Shown: in pieces, positions 10,581 through 19,891 of the stretch
How the letters are laid out: every line of letters begins with the position of its first letter
Numbering within the stretch: the first letter of the stretch is position 1
IMG/VR virus record: IMGVR_UViG_3300049811_000692
Location: 41,429 to 105,428 of that record
DNA from: a virus
Reading direction: 5' to 3' (one strand)
Length of the DNA stretch: 64,000 nt
Notes under the pieces: generated by a model
What the model was told of the DNA's origin: nothing
Database searches by the model: none
Seen by the model: the letters and a program-made list of their open reading frames with translations, nothing else
Position numbers and translations under genes: made by a program

Positions 10581-11012
10581 ATGGCCCAATCCCAGTGGGG
10601 CGCGCCCGCCGCCGAGACGAACATCGCCGGCACGGCGCTGAACGGCTTGATCGCGGGCACGACCAGCCTCCCCATGGAGTTCGAGAACGGCACGGGCCGC
10701 ATCATCAACGCGCGCCTTCGCCTGGTGCTCGGCTCCATCACCCCGGCCGTGGGCGGCACCGTGGTGCTCCGCCTGGTGAATTGGGATGCGGCCAACAGCG
10801 TGTGGGAGGACTACAGCGCCCTGAGCGGCCATCACGAGTCCTACGCGATCGCGCTCATCCCCTCGGTCGGCGCGATCAAGCGCGCCATCCTCCCCATGGT
10901 GCGTATCTACCCGTGGAGGGTGGGCTTCGTGCTGACGAACAGCAGCGGCGTGAACCTCGCGGCGAGCGGGAACGGCCTCTTCCTGAGCACCTTCCCCGAA
11001 GAGATGACCTAG
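10581..11012 (+). CDS. Hypothetical protein (tail module)
   Basis: SD GGAGG; beta-rich sequence. Confidence 0.75.
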   Translation: MAQSQWGAPAAETNIAGTALNGLIAGTTSLPMEFENGTGRIINARLRLVLGSITPAVGGTVVLRLVNWDAANSVWEDYSALSGHHESYAIALIPSVGAIKRAILPMVRIYPWRVGFVLTNSSGVNLAASGNGLFLSTFPEEMT

Positions 11013-11018
11013 CCCCCC

Positions 11019-11828
11019 ATGCCGCGCGGCTTGAACCCACAGGACGACGCCCGCATCCAGGGGCGTCTGTGGACCCCTGGCGCGGCCTTTCCTGACGTGG
11101 CCGCGTGGCACAGCGCGCTCAATATCGACCGCGCCACCATCACAAACTCCAAGTGGGCGGGGCTTGATAATCTGGCGGGGCATGCTCGCCTAGTACACAC
11201 GGCCGATATTTCCCGGCCTCCCCTGGCCACCAATGCGCGGGGCCAGCCCATCATCAATCTTCCGGCTCACGGCACCTGGCTCTACCACGAGTCCCAGGTT
11301 CCGCTGCAAAGTTCCTTTTCTGTTTCGCTCTTGTTCCGCGCCGGCGCTGGTTCCGGCTCAAATGCGCGAGTTCTGGGCTTCGTGGGCAATTCGGCCGACA
11401 TGGACTATAACCAAGCGAGCGCGATGGGACTGATCTATCGCAACTCGGCAACCACGTATGGTCTTTACTACAACAATGGCGCGGTGGACCTGACATACAC
11501 CCATGCGGATGGGTGGGGGATCATTACCGTGGAGGCGAGCGTGGCCGCCAATACGATCCGCGTCTTCTCGCGCGGCGCGGAGGTCGGGTCACGCTCCTGG
11601 AACGGGGGCAGCATCGGAGCCGGGCACTTCATTCTGGGGGCCTACCGCATCTCTTCGGCGACGGCGGAGGTGATCGGCGAATACGGGGAGATGGTCGCGG
11701 TGCGGGGCGAGGCCGGGCGCCGACACCGTGAGCGCGTCGAGGGATACATGGCGTGGAGGTGGGGTGTCGCAGACACGATGGCGGCCACACACCCGTACCG
11801 GACCCGCCCGCCCCTCCTCGGGGTGTGA
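11019..11828 (+). CDS. LamG-like virion protein
   Basis: LWTP...AWH...W...ERVEGYMAWRWG...HPY pattern. Confidence 0.7.
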   Translation: MPRGLNPQDDARIQGRLWTPGAAFPDVAAWHSALNIDRATITNSKWAGLDNLAGHARLVHTADISRPPLATNARGQPIINLPAHGTWLYHESQVPLQSSFSVSLLFRAGAGSGSNARVLGFVGNSADMDYNQASAMGLIYRNSATTYGLYYNNGAVDLTYTHADGWGIITVEASVAANTIRVFSRGAEVGSRSWNGGSIGAGHFILGAYRISSATAEVIGEYGEMVAVRGEAGRRHRERVEGYMAWRWGVADTMAATHPYRTRPPLLGV

Positions 11829-11831
11829 CGC

Positions 11832-12971
11832 ATGACGCTCCGCCTTCGCTTCCCCACCCTCTTCTTCCCCTCATCTGGCGCCGTCATCGAGCTGGCTGGC
11901 GCCGCGACCGCCTCGGGCGTCGCCGCCGGCGTCGTCCGCCCTGGTGCGCGGCTTGCTGGCGCCGCGACCGCCTCGGGCGTCGCCGCCGGTAATCTCCGGC
12001 CCGGCTCGCAGCTCGCGGGCGCCGCAACCGCGTCGGGCGTCGCCACCGGCGCCGTCCGGCCTGGTGCGCGGCTGGCTGGCGCCGGGACGGCCTCGGGTAT
12101 CGCCGCAGGTGCCGTCCGGCCCGGCGCGCAGCTCGCGGGCGCCGCCGTCGCCGCGGCCAGCGCCACCGGCGACCTGGCCGCGGGCCAGGCCGACCTCGCT
12201 GGCGCCGCGACCGCCTCGGGCGTCGCCACCGGCGTCGTCAGGCCTGGCGCGCGCCTTGCGGGCGCGGCCATCGCCGCTGCCAGCGCGACCGGCGATCTCG
12301 TCTCGACTCAGGCGGCCCTCGCCGGCGCCGCAACCGCCTCGGGCGTCGCCACCGGCGCGCTTCGCCCCGGCGCGCGGCTCGCGGGCGCCGCGACCAGCGC
12401 CGGCACGGCGGCGGGGCAGCTCCTCACGACGCCGGCCGGCTTGGCCGGCACCGCCACAGGATCCGGCGTCGCCGCAGGTGAGCTGCGCCCGGGCGTGCGC
12501 CTGGCCGGCGCGGCCGCCGCCACCGCGGTCGCGGACAGCGAAGTCCAGGTTGGGGCGCGCCTTGCCGCCACCGCCGCGGCCAGTGGCGTGGCCGCCGGCT
12601 CGCTCGCGGGTGTGGGCGCGCAGATGGCGGCCGCGGCGACCGCGACCGGCGTCGCCGCCGGCACGCTGCGCCGAGGCGTCGCGCTCGAGGGGGCTGCCAC
12701 CGGCAGCGGGATCGCGGCCGGGTCCGTGCGAGTCGGTGTGCGGCTCGATGCCGAGGCCCTGGCGGCGCTGCAGGCGCTCGGGAACCTCCGCTCCGGCGCG
12801 CGCCTGGCCGGCGCCGCCACCGGCACGGCGACGGGCTTCTGCTCCTGGGGCCTCATCCCCCCGCCGCCTGAGATCTGGCTCAACCCGCACGTCACGCTGG
12901 CGCCGGCCGCCACCGTGCGGACAGAACAGAAGAGGGCCGCGCTCGTCAGCGTTCGCCTCGAGGCTAGGTAG
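11832..12971 (+). CDS. Ala/Gly-rich repeat tail fibre-like protein
   Basis: About 15 imperfect 20-21 aa repeats LAGAATASGVAxGxxRPGAx. Confidence 0.75.
   Translation: MTLRLRFPTLFFPSSGAVIELAGAATASGVAAGVVRPGARLAGAATASGVAAGNLRPGSQLAGAATASGVATGAVRPGARLAGAGTASGIAAGAVRPGAQLAGAAVAAASATGDLAAGQADLAGAATASGVATGVVRPGARLAGAAIAAASATGDLVSTQAALAGAATASGVATGALRPGARLAGAATSAGTAAGQLLTTPAGLAGTATGSGVAAGELRPGVRLAGAAAATAVADSEVQVGARLAATAAASGVAAGSLAGVGAQMAAAATATGVAAGTLRRGVALEGAATGSGIAAGSVRVGVRLDAEALAALQALGNLRSGARLAGAATGTATGFCSWGLIPPPPEIWLNPHVTLAPAATVRTEQKRAALVSVRLEAR
11891..12840 (+). repeat. Coding tandem repeat, 60-63 bp unit
   Basis: gctggcgccgcgaccgcctcgggcgtcgcc recurs at 60-bp intervals and degenerates toward the 3' end. 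Confidence 0.85.
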
Positions 12972-12979
12972 GAGCGAAG

Positions 12980-13255
12980 ATGATCGTCGGAGACACCATG
13001 CGAGTGCGGGTCGCCTTCCTCGACCAGGAAGGCCGCGCCATGGCGGCCTCGGGAATCGAGGTCCGGGTGAAGCCGCCGGCGGGCGGCGCGCAGATCTATC
13101 CGGCCGAGAGCCTGTCGCAGCCCGAGCCCGGAGTCGTTGTGTTCGACGTCGTGGCCCTGACGGCAGGGACCTACGTGGCGCGCGCGAGCTGCACAGGCCC
13201 CGTGGCGGCGGCCGTCGAGACTTCGTGGGAGGTCGCCGCGTCGGCAGTCCTATGA
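12980..13255 (+). CDS. Small Ig-like virion protein
   Basis: SD AGGAG; VGDT...F.D...V.PP...GTY pattern. Confidence 0.65.
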   Translation: MIVGDTMRVRVAFLDQEGRAMAASGIEVRVKPPAGGAQIYPAESLSQPEPGVVVFDVVALTAGTYVARASCTGPVAAAVETSWEVAASAVL

Positions 13256-13314
13256 CCGCCCTGGACAACCAGGGCGGGCATACCGCCAAGCTCCTGAGAG
13301 AGCAGGAGCCATCC

Positions 13315-13584
13315 ATGGGGGAGTACGATCGCGAGTTGGGCAAGATCACGGGGCGGCTCGATGCCATCGACGCCCACCTCCGTGACGTGCTCGACGAGCT
13401 GCGCCGGGAGCGCGAAGCGCGGGTGGCGACGGCCCAGCGGCTCGCGGCCCTGGAGGCGAGCGGGAAGCTCAGCGGCGGCGGCGGCGCGCCGGGCGCGGGG
13501 CACACGGTCGTCGGCGCGGTGCTGATCCTGCTCGGCGCCGGCGTGGCGTGGATCACGAAGTTCTTGGTGGCGGGAGCTGGATGA
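13315..13584 (+). CDS. Coiled-coil protein with C-terminal TM helix (lysis-module membrane protein)
   Basis: SD AGGAG; MGEYDRELGKITGRLDAI...VVGAVLILLGAGVAWIT. Confidence 0.6.
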   Translation: MGEYDRELGKITGRLDAIDAHLRDVLDELRREREARVATAQRLAALEASGKLSGGGGAPGAGHTVVGAVLILLGAGVAWITKFLVAGAG

Positions 13585-13832
13585 TGCTGGACATTCTGAT
13601 GCGCGAGCTGGGGCGGATGACCCGGGAGCAGAGCACCTGGACGGGTGTGGCGCTGCTCGCGATCATCATGCTGCTGCTCAAGGTGGTCTGGGGCGTGTCG
13701 GGCGACGAGGTGGCCCGCGAGGTGGCGGGCTTCGCCGCGGCGCTGGGAGGCCTCGCCGGCCTCGCCAAGATCATCCTGCCCGACCGGGCCGCCCCGCCGC
13801 CCCAGAACGAAAAACCCCCCACCGCCGGTTAG
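13581..13832 (+). CDS. Putative holin
   Basis: EQSTWTG motif, two TM helices, end of late operon. Confidence 0.65.
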   Translation: MMLDILMRELGRMTREQSTWTGVALLAIIMLLLKVVWGVSGDEVAREVAGFAAALGGLAGLAKIILPDRAAPPPQNEKPPTAG

Positions 13833-13848
13833 GGCGATGGGGGGGGTG
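13810..13848. terminator. Hairpin between convergent genes
   Basis: aaaacccccc...gggggggt inverted repeat. Confidence 0.45.
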
Positions 13849-13851
13849 GGC

Positions 13852-14502
13852 TCAGGAGGCCTTTCGGCGTCCTGCTAGAACGTCGAGCCGCGCGATGGCG
13901 GAATCGACCTTCTTGATGAGGGCGTCCCTCTTGCCGAGGAACTCCTTGGAGAGCGCCTCGAGCTCGGTCTTGAGGGCGGTCACTTCGGCGCGCATGCCGG
14001 CGACCTCGGGATCCACGCGGATCGGCCCGTAGGCCGCCTCGCGGATCGTCGCGACCCAGGACCAGGGGAGGTTGAGTTCCCCGCCGATCTTCTGGTCGCT
14101 GTAGCCATCCAAGTAGCAGCCGGCGTCGTCGTCGAAGACGGCGTCGAGCTTCTGCCGGATTTGGAGGCGCTGCGCGCCGGATGGATTCCGCTCGGCGGGC
14201 GGGTTGGTGTTGGCGGCCACGGGGGCCTCCTCAGTTAGGGGTTGTGTGGAAGGTGCTGCGTCACCGTGCGCGCGGAGAGCGCGGGCGGCTTGGCAGGCTG
14301 GGCAGCGGGCGTCGGAGGCGCGATTGGGGTGGGCAAGCCACCCTTGCTTCACGGCCTTCTTCGCCATGGTCTCGGGGTTCATGGGCCCGTAAGGGATCCG
14401 AACATCGAGGGTTGTCCCGCAATCGTTGCAGGTGAAACGAGCGATGGGCACGAACCGCCCACCGTCCGCCTGGACGCTGCCCTTCTCAAAGCCAAGGGCC
14501 AT
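13852..14502 (-). CDS. Hypothetical Zn-ribbon + coiled-coil protein
   Basis: CNDC...CPAC; YLDGYSDQKI...WVATIRE; has its own promoter. Confidence 0.7.
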   Translation of the reverse strand: MALGFEKGSVQADGGRFVPIARFTCNDCGTTLDVRIPYGPMNPETMAKKAVKQGWLAHPNRASDARCPACQAARALRAHGDAAPSTQPLTEEAPVAANTNPPAERNPSGAQRLQIRQKLDAVFDDDAGCYLDGYSDQKIGGELNLPWSWVATIREAAYGPIRVDPEVAGMRAEVTALKTELEALSKEFLGKRDALIKKVDSAIARLDVLAGRRKAS

Positions 14503-14547
14503 GTGAGAGGGCTCCATGTTGCCGGGCCAATTCCCGGACAACGGCCC

Positions 14548-14576
14548 ATTATACCACACTTAAATGTGATTGACAC
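14548..14576 (-). promoter_or_regulatory. Sigma70 promoter with CACA-N6-TGTG operator in the spacer
   Basis: Minus strand GTGTCA-17 nt-TATAAT with extended TG; operator at 14555-14568. Confidence 0.7.
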
Positions 14577-14583
14577 ACATCAA

Positions 14584-14784
14584 TCAGCGCGCCCGCCGGG
14601 GCGGCGGGGTCGTCGCCACGCAGGCCGCCGGGAACCAGAGGCGGTCGCGGGCGAGGGTCAGCTCGACCGCCTGATGGGCCGCGAGGCAGCTCTCGGCCGC
14701 GGTCTCCCGGACCTGGCACTCGAGGCGCACCCCGCTGGCAGGGGGCTGGCAGACGTAGAAGAGGAGGACGAAGACGGCTGTCAT
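14584..14784 (-). CDS. Small exported hypothetical protein
   Basis: Hydrophobic N-terminus, four Cys. Confidence 0.4.
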   Translation of the reverse strand: MTAVFVLLFYVCQPPASGVRLECQVRETAAESCLAAHQAVELTLARDRLWFPAACVATTPPPRRAR

Positions 14785-14902
14785 TGGGCGACCCCACCAC
14801 ACATCTCGATGTGCGTAAAGTCAGGGAAGGGAATCGGCGGGGCGCCGGATCGAGGCGACGGAACGCCACCAATAAAATCCGCGACTTGCGGCTTTTCCGG
14901 CG

Positions 14903-14950
<48 letters not shown>

Positions 14951-14961
14951 AAATCAAGGCC

Positions 14962-16047
14962 TTACGGGTCGTCATTTCCGGAGTTCCGTCGCCGGTTCCG
15001 TCGCCCTTCCGCCGCCACCCGCGCCTCGGCCGCCCGCTCGAACTGCTCGGGCGTGAAGCGGACGTACCGCCGGCGCATCTGGGGCGTCTTGTGGCCCCCG
15101 TGGCTGCTCAGCCCGATCTCATCCGCCCCCGAATCCGCCAGCTCCGTCAGCCCGGTCGCCCGCAGGTCCCGGAACTGCAGGTCGTCCGGCACGCCAGCCG
15201 CCTTGGCGACCTCCCGGAAGACGTGTCGGAAGTGGTCCTGGCGCCAGGGGCGCTTCGTCGCCTCGCAGATCACGACCTGCACGCCCGTCCGGGGCGTCGC
15301 AGCGAGCGCGGCGGCGAGGTCGGGGTAGGCGCCGGCCACCAAGGGGATGACCTCGCCCGTCTTGCGGGTCCCCACCTGGCGCTGGTCGAGCGCGGTCCAC
15401 GTCAGGCCGATCACGTCGCCCTGGCGCAGGGTCGCCCGCCAGGAGAGCAGCACCGCCAGCGCCATGCTCGGCCAGCCCATCTCCCGCGCCGCGGCGATCA
15501 CCGCCTCGATCTGCTCGGCGCTCCAGCGCTGCTTGCGGGAGGCGATGCCCTGAAGCTCCATCCGGGCCCAGGGGTTGTCCCGCCGGTCCACATGGTCCCG
15601 CCGGCCGCCCCAGTTCCACACCCGCCGCGCGTACCGGCAGGCGTAGTGCGCGGTTGCCTTCCCGTGGTCGAGGCACAGGGCCTCGTACAGCCGATCCGCG
15701 TGGCGCGGCTTGAGGGCGCCCGCCGGGAAGCCGCCCAGCGCCACGCCCCCGACCGGCAGGCCGCATAGCAGCCGGCCCAGCCACAGGTAGTCCTTCTTCG
15801 TGGAGGGGGCGAGGCGCCCGAATCGCTCATCCTGCTCGAACAGCGTGAACAGCCAGCGCACCGAGCCCGGTGCCGGCCCTTGGCCCTTCTGCAGCTCTGC
15901 GTTGATCTGCCGCGCCAGCGCCCAGGCGACCGTCTGATCGGCGCCGAGCGCCCGAGGCTTCATCTGGCCCCGGAGCTGCCGGGGCGGCTCCCAGAACCAG
16001 CGGCCCTTCCTCTGGATGGTGTGGGGTGGGCGGTCGGTCTCGCTCAT
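14962..16047 (-). CDS. int: Tyrosine integrase
   Basis: LRQGDV (R), FRDLRAT, GGHKT, RRY catalytic motifs; adjacent to att core. Confidence 0.92.
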   Translation of the reverse strand: MSETDRPPHTIQRKGRWFWEPPRQLRGQMKPRALGADQTVAWALARQINAELQKGQGPAPGSVRWLFTLFEQDERFGRLAPSTKKDYLWLGRLLCGLPVGGVALGGFPAGALKPRHADRLYEALCLDHGKATAHYACRYARRVWNWGGRRDHVDRRDNPWARMELQGIASRKQRWSAEQIEAVIAAAREMGWPSMALAVLLSWRATLRQGDVIGLTWTALDQRQVGTRKTGEVIPLVAGAYPDLAAALAATPRTGVQVVICEATKRPWRQDHFRHVFREVAKAAGVPDDLQFRDLRATGLTELADSGADEIGLSSHGGHKTPQMRRRYVRFTPEQFERAAEARVAAEGRRNRRRNSGNDDP

Positions 16048-16056
16048 CGGTCCCCC

Positions 16057-16302
16057 TCAGCGGAGGCCGAGCGCCCGATCCAGGAGGCGCTCGGCGCCCT
16101 CCACGGTAGCCCCGGGACCATGGGGGGTGTCCAGGGCACGCTCCACTGCCGCCCGGCTCCAGCGCGCCCGGAGGTCGTCAGGAGACACCCCCCAGAGCGG
16201 CATTGGGAGCTGCCCCTCCTGCATGCGCGCATGCAGCTCCTTCGCCGTCACCTGGAGGTGCCGGAGCAGCTGCGCGCGCGTGAAGGTGCCGGGTGTCTCC
16301 AT
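16057..16302 (-). CDS. Excisionase-like winged-helix protein
   Basis: 81 aa, GQLPMP...RWSRAAVERALD; directly upstream of int. Confidence 0.7.
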   Translation of the reverse strand: METPGTFTRAQLLRHLQVTAKELHARMQEGQLPMPLWGVSPDDLRARWSRAAVERALDTPHGPGATVEGAERLLDRALGLR

Positions 16303-16895
16303 CAGGCCGAGAGCTGGAACACCAGATCGAGCGGCAGGGGCTCGTCGCCGCTGTACCTCATGCCCATGCGCCGAGGTCGGGGCACGACCCGTTCCGCCTC
16401 CCGCGCCAGATCGGCGGCGGCCCGCCAGGACGAGATGGTGTTCGTCTTGGCGTGCTCCGCGCAAAACAGCCGCCGCGGCGACCCCGTGGGGGCGTCGCAG
16501 TACCGCTGGTAGAGCGGGTCGCGCCGCCCCGCCTCGCCCCACAGAGGATGCCGGCAGCAGCCCTCGCCGCGCGTGGCGATGGCCGTCGGCGCGCGCGGCG
16601 GCGGCGAAGCGAGCGGCGGGGGCGCGGTAGGCCCCCGGGCCGCCGGCGCCGTCCGCGCGGGCGCCCTTGTGGCGGCGTTGGCGCCTTGCTCGCGCCCCTT
16701 CCGGCGCAGCGTTCCCCGGATGTGGCCCTTGAACTGCCCGCGGCACGGGAGGCCAAGCCGCCGCGCGCGGCCGGCCACCGTTCCGGGGGAGATGCCCATC
16801 GCCAGACCGATGGTCGTGATCGTGTGCGAGGGATCGTTCCACAGCCTGGCGAAGCGATCGATCATCTCCGCCGGCCAGGGCTTCGGCGCGCCCAT
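16302..16895 (-). CDS. GcrA-family regulator
   Basis: W...LW...IG..MGIS..TVAGRARRLGL N-terminus; CRHPLW...YC...FCAEH C-terminus. Confidence 0.8.
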   Translation of the reverse strand: MGAPKPWPAEMIDRFARLWNDPSHTITTIGLAMGISPGTVAGRARRLGLPCRGQFKGHIRGTLRRKGREQGANAATRAPARTAPAARGPTAPPPLASPPPRAPTAIATRGEGCCRHPLWGEAGRRDPLYQRYCDAPTGSPRRLFCAEHAKTNTISSWRAAADLAREAERVVPRPRRMGMRYSGDEPLPLDLVFQLSA

Positions 16896-17866
16896 CAGCG
16901 CAGCGGCGAGGGGGCCGTGCCGTGGAAGATCGGCGTCGTCTCGCCGACCGTCTCCCGGACCACTCGCACCACGTCCGCGAAGGCCGCCTTGAGGGTGAGG
17001 TCCGGCCGGTGCAGGAGCGGCGCGAAGAACAGCCCGCCTCCCTGGGCCCGGAAGCGCAGCCGCACCGCGATGGTGAAGGGCGGCGCCCCCTCAAACACGG
17101 GGATGGCCAGGAGGAAGGCCCGCGGGATGCGAACCAGATCCTTGCCGCCGAGCTTGTTGGTGTAGGTCGCCTCCTCCTCGCCGGTCGAGAGGTTGGTCTT
17201 GCCGCCGTAGGTCTGGTCGGACGTCACCTCGAGATCGGCCGCCAGCTGGCGCAGCTGGGCGTGGTCCGCGAAGGCGACGGCGCCCACCGCCTGCAGGGTG
17301 ACCTTCAGGCGCTCGGCCTCGTCGGCGCTCGGGGCGAAGATGTCGGCGTAGCGGTCCTCGATCAGCGCAGCGAAGGTGGCCTGCCCCACGTACTGGCCCG
17401 AGGCCTTCGTCCAGAACTGCCAGCTCTCGGAGAGGGTGAGGGGCAGGAACGCGCGGTACTCCTGCCAGCGCGGGCCGATCGAGTCGAGCTCGGCGAGGTC
17501 GGCGCCGGACGGCGCGTGGTCGATGATCGCCGTGAGGCCGGGCTTGCCCTCGTCCGTGTAGATCACGCTGTCCTCGTCGCGCTGCCGCACCACCCAGGCC
17601 GCGAAGCAGGCCGGGTTGTGCAGCACCGTCGTGCCGCGCATGGCGTCGGGGGCCAGGCCGGCCTTCTCGATCTCGGCGGTGACGTTCTTCACCTGCTGGT
17701 CGGCGCGCGCGACCAGGAAGCTTGCGTTGTCCACCTGCATGAAGCGCGGCGCCATGTGGCGCTCCGCGAAAGCGAGGGTCGCCTTCACGGCCAGGGGCGC
17801 CTGATCGGCCAGGGCGCCGCTGGTGTCGTCCTCGTTGAGGGGCTCGGTGACGTCGGTGGTGTTCAT
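16895..17866 (-). CDS. DUF2303 (YfdQ-like) protein
   Basis: AIIDH...W...RA, Q..FA.LIED, IP..F.LAIPVFEG...RLRFR. Confidence 0.8.
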   Translation of the reverse strand: MNTTDVTEPLNEDDTSGALADQAPLAVKATLAFAERHMAPRFMQVDNASFLVARADQQVKNVTAEIEKAGLAPDAMRGTTVLHNPACFAAWVVRQRDEDSVIYTDEGKPGLTAIIDHAPSGADLAELDSIGPRWQEYRAFLPLTLSESWQFWTKASGQYVGQATFAALIEDRYADIFAPSADEAERLKVTLQAVGAVAFADHAQLRQLAADLEVTSDQTYGGKTNLSTGEEEATYTNKLGGKDLVRIPRAFLLAIPVFEGAPPFTIAVRLRFRAQGGGLFFAPLLHRPDLTLKAAFADVVRVVRETVGETTPIFHGTAPSPLR

Positions 17867-17903
17867 GCTGCTCTCTCTGGGTTGAGGGGGTGAGGGACGG
17901 CGC

Positions 17904-18248
17904 TCAGCCGCCGTCCACGATGCGGGCGCGCTGCGTCGCCTCGACCACGCGCAGCTCCATCTCGGTCTGGCGCGGGTCCTTGCGGGTGAGGTTGTTGTCC
18001 GGCGTCGCGTACATGATCGTCGCCGCCGGCGTGATCTTCGGGGTCTTCACGTCGATGTCCGTGCCGACCTCGATCGCACCCGAGCGCTTCGCGAGCGTGA
18101 GGGTGAGCTTGATCTTGGCGACCGGCGCCTTGGCGGTTCGGCCGTCCGCGTTCTCGACGGAGGCGACCGCCTCGGTCAGCGAGTCGTTGAGGCGCCCGAG
18201 CACCTCGCCGTAGCCGAGCTCGCGCAGGAAAGTGACGAAGTCAGGCAT
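17904..18248 (-). CDS. Hypothetical protein (usual DUF2303 partner)
   Basis: YATPDNNLTRKDPRQ motif. Confidence 0.75.
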   Translation of the reverse strand: MPDFVTFLRELGYGEVLGRLNDSLTEAVASVENADGRTAKAPVAKIKLTLTLAKRSGAIEVGTDIDVKTPKITPAATIMYATPDNNLTRKDPRQTEMELRVVEATQRARIVDGG

Positions 18249-18558
18249 CGCTCCACTCCAAAATGGCCCTCATGGCCGGGTTGATGGACACGCACACACG
18301 CGCGTGGCGGCGACGGGAGGCGCAAATCCAGGCGCCCTCCGCGAGGCAGAACGGCGTCTCGCCCAGGATGAGCGTCCGCTCGGGCGCCCCCCGCGTGCGG
18401 ATCCGGAAGACCATGAGCTTCGGGTCCAGCTCATCGAGCCGCTCGAACTGCATGTCGTGCTGCTGGCCGCCCGCGCGGTAGGACATGCGGTGCCCGGGCT
18501 TGATCGCCTGGCACTTCCAGCCGTGCTGCGGGGGCGAGGGAGGGCGCCGGTCAGTCAC
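18241..18558 (-). CDS. Hypothetical protein
   Basis: Overlap-coupled within the operon. Confidence 0.55.
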   Translation of the reverse strand: MTDRRPPSPPQHGWKCQAIKPGHRMSYRAGGQQHDMQFERLDELDPKLMVFRIRTRGAPERTLILGETPFCLAEGAWICASRRRHARVCVSINPAMRAILEWSDA

Positions 18559-18751
18559 GGCTCATCGCGATCGTCTTGGCGCGGAAGGCCTCGCGGGCCT
18601 CCTTCAGCATGCGGTCGAGGATCTCGCCCGGCACGCCCGCCACGGCGGCGCGCTCGGCCGCGGCCACCATGGAGCGCCGGCACGACAGGATCGCGCGCGA
18701 CAGGCGCCCCTGCTCGCTCTCGCGGATCGAGAGCTCCTGCATCGGCCCCAT
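18551..18751 (-). CDS. Hypothetical protein
   Basis: TGATG coupling to upstream gene. Confidence 0.55.
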   Translation of the reverse strand: MGPMQELSIRESEQGRLSRAILSCRRSMVAAAERAAVAGVPGEILDRMLKEAREAFRAKTIAMSRD

Positions 18752-19113
18752 CAGACGCGGCTCCCTTGGCGCTGGTTGGCCTGGAAGGTCCGCCACACCT
18801 CGATCCGGAGCTCGTGGTAGCGGCGCATGTGCTGCAGCGTGACCTTGCGCGTGATGGCCTCCTCCCGGGCTTTCAGCGCGCGCTCGTAGGCGGCGCTGGT
18901 GAGGCCCTCGGCCTCGCGCCGGTCCTGCGAGCGCTCCTCGGAGGTCAGGACCACCGAGGCGCGGACGCGCCGCAGGTTGTCCTCGGCCGTCTCGACCAGG
19001 GCGACGGCGCGCGCCGCCTCCTCGGCGGTGGAGAGCAGGTACTCGAGGCTCTCCTCCACGTCCTGCTCGTCCACGGCGTCGCGGATGACGCGGCCCGGCT
19101 GGTCACGCGGCAT
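18751..19113 (-). CDS. Coiled-coil hypothetical protein (recombination module)
   Basis: REAEGLTSAAY...IEVWRTFQANQR pattern. Confidence 0.7.
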   Translation of the reverse strand: MPRDQPGRVIRDAVDEQDVEESLEYLLSTAEEAARAVALVETAEDNLRRVRASVVLTSEERSQDRREAEGLTSAAYERALKAREEAITRKVTLQHMRRYHELRIEVWRTFQANQRQGSRV

Positions 19114-19891
19114 CGGGCACCTCCGGCCACGTCACGCCCTCGATCGCCGGCGGGGCATCGCCCACCAGCGCGACGTAGGAATCGAAGACGCTCCCGATGT
19201 GGACGTCCGACATGACCTGCAGCCACGCAGCGCGCTTTCGGAGCGCCTCCTCGGCCTTCTCCGCCTCACGCATCTCCAGGCGGAGCTTCTGGACCATCTC
19301 GTGCGGCCGCGGCTCTGCCTTCTCGGCCTCGGGCGCCGCGTCGGCGGCCCCGGCCGGCTCGGGTGCGACGGCCCGGGCGCGCGGCTTGACGACCTTGGGC
19401 TTGCTGGCCTGGGCCGCGCGCGCGATGCCCCCATCGTCCTCCTCGTCCTGTGGCGCGAGGCCCAGGAAGAGCGCCAGGCCGTAGCGGCGCATGTAGGTCA
19501 GGCGCGAGCCGGCCACCTGGGGGTCGGGATCGACCGGCAGCGCGAAGGGCAGCGCCCCGCAGCGCCACTGGCCGCTCTCGACGTGGGTGAGGCGGGTGAC
19601 CATCAGGCCGGTGCGCTGGCCGACGATCAGCACGTCCTGCTCGAGCAGCAGGCCCTCCGCGACGAGTGCCGGCTCGACGGCGGTCAGGTGTGCGGTCAGG
19701 TCGGCGTAGCGGTAGGTCCCCTGGGGCGCGCCCGTCTGGTCGTCGATCGAGACGCCGACGGCGCCACGCCGGATCGGCTGGAACGCCGCCTTCGCCCGCA
19801 TGAGGGCGGGGAGCAGCTTCTCCTGCTCGCGGCTCTGGCGCTGCCCGAAGTCAGACAGCGGCAGGGTCATCGGGAGGAAGGCCTCAGACAT
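19103..19891 (-). CDS. ERF-family single-strand annealing protein
   Basis: YRYADL, HVESGQW, DPQVAGSRLTYMRRYGL...EEDDG. Confidence 0.9.
   Translation of the reverse strand: MSEAFLPMTLPLSDFGQRQSREQEKLLPALMRAKAAFQPIRRGAVGVSIDDQTGAPQGTYRYADLTAHLTAVEPALVAEGLLLEQDVLIVGQRTGLMVTRLTHVESGQWRCGALPFALPVDPDPQVAGSRLTYMRRYGLALFLGLAPQDEEDDGGIARAAQASKPKVVKPRARAVAPEPAGAADAAPEAEKAEPRPHEMVQKLRLEMREAEKAEEALRKRAAWLQVMSDVHIGSVFDSYVALVGDAPPAIEGVTWPEVPDAA

Noticed and set aside
1-13832. Diversity-generating retroelement or invertase-driven tail switching
   Set aside because: No reverse transcriptase, TR/VR pair or invertase was seen.
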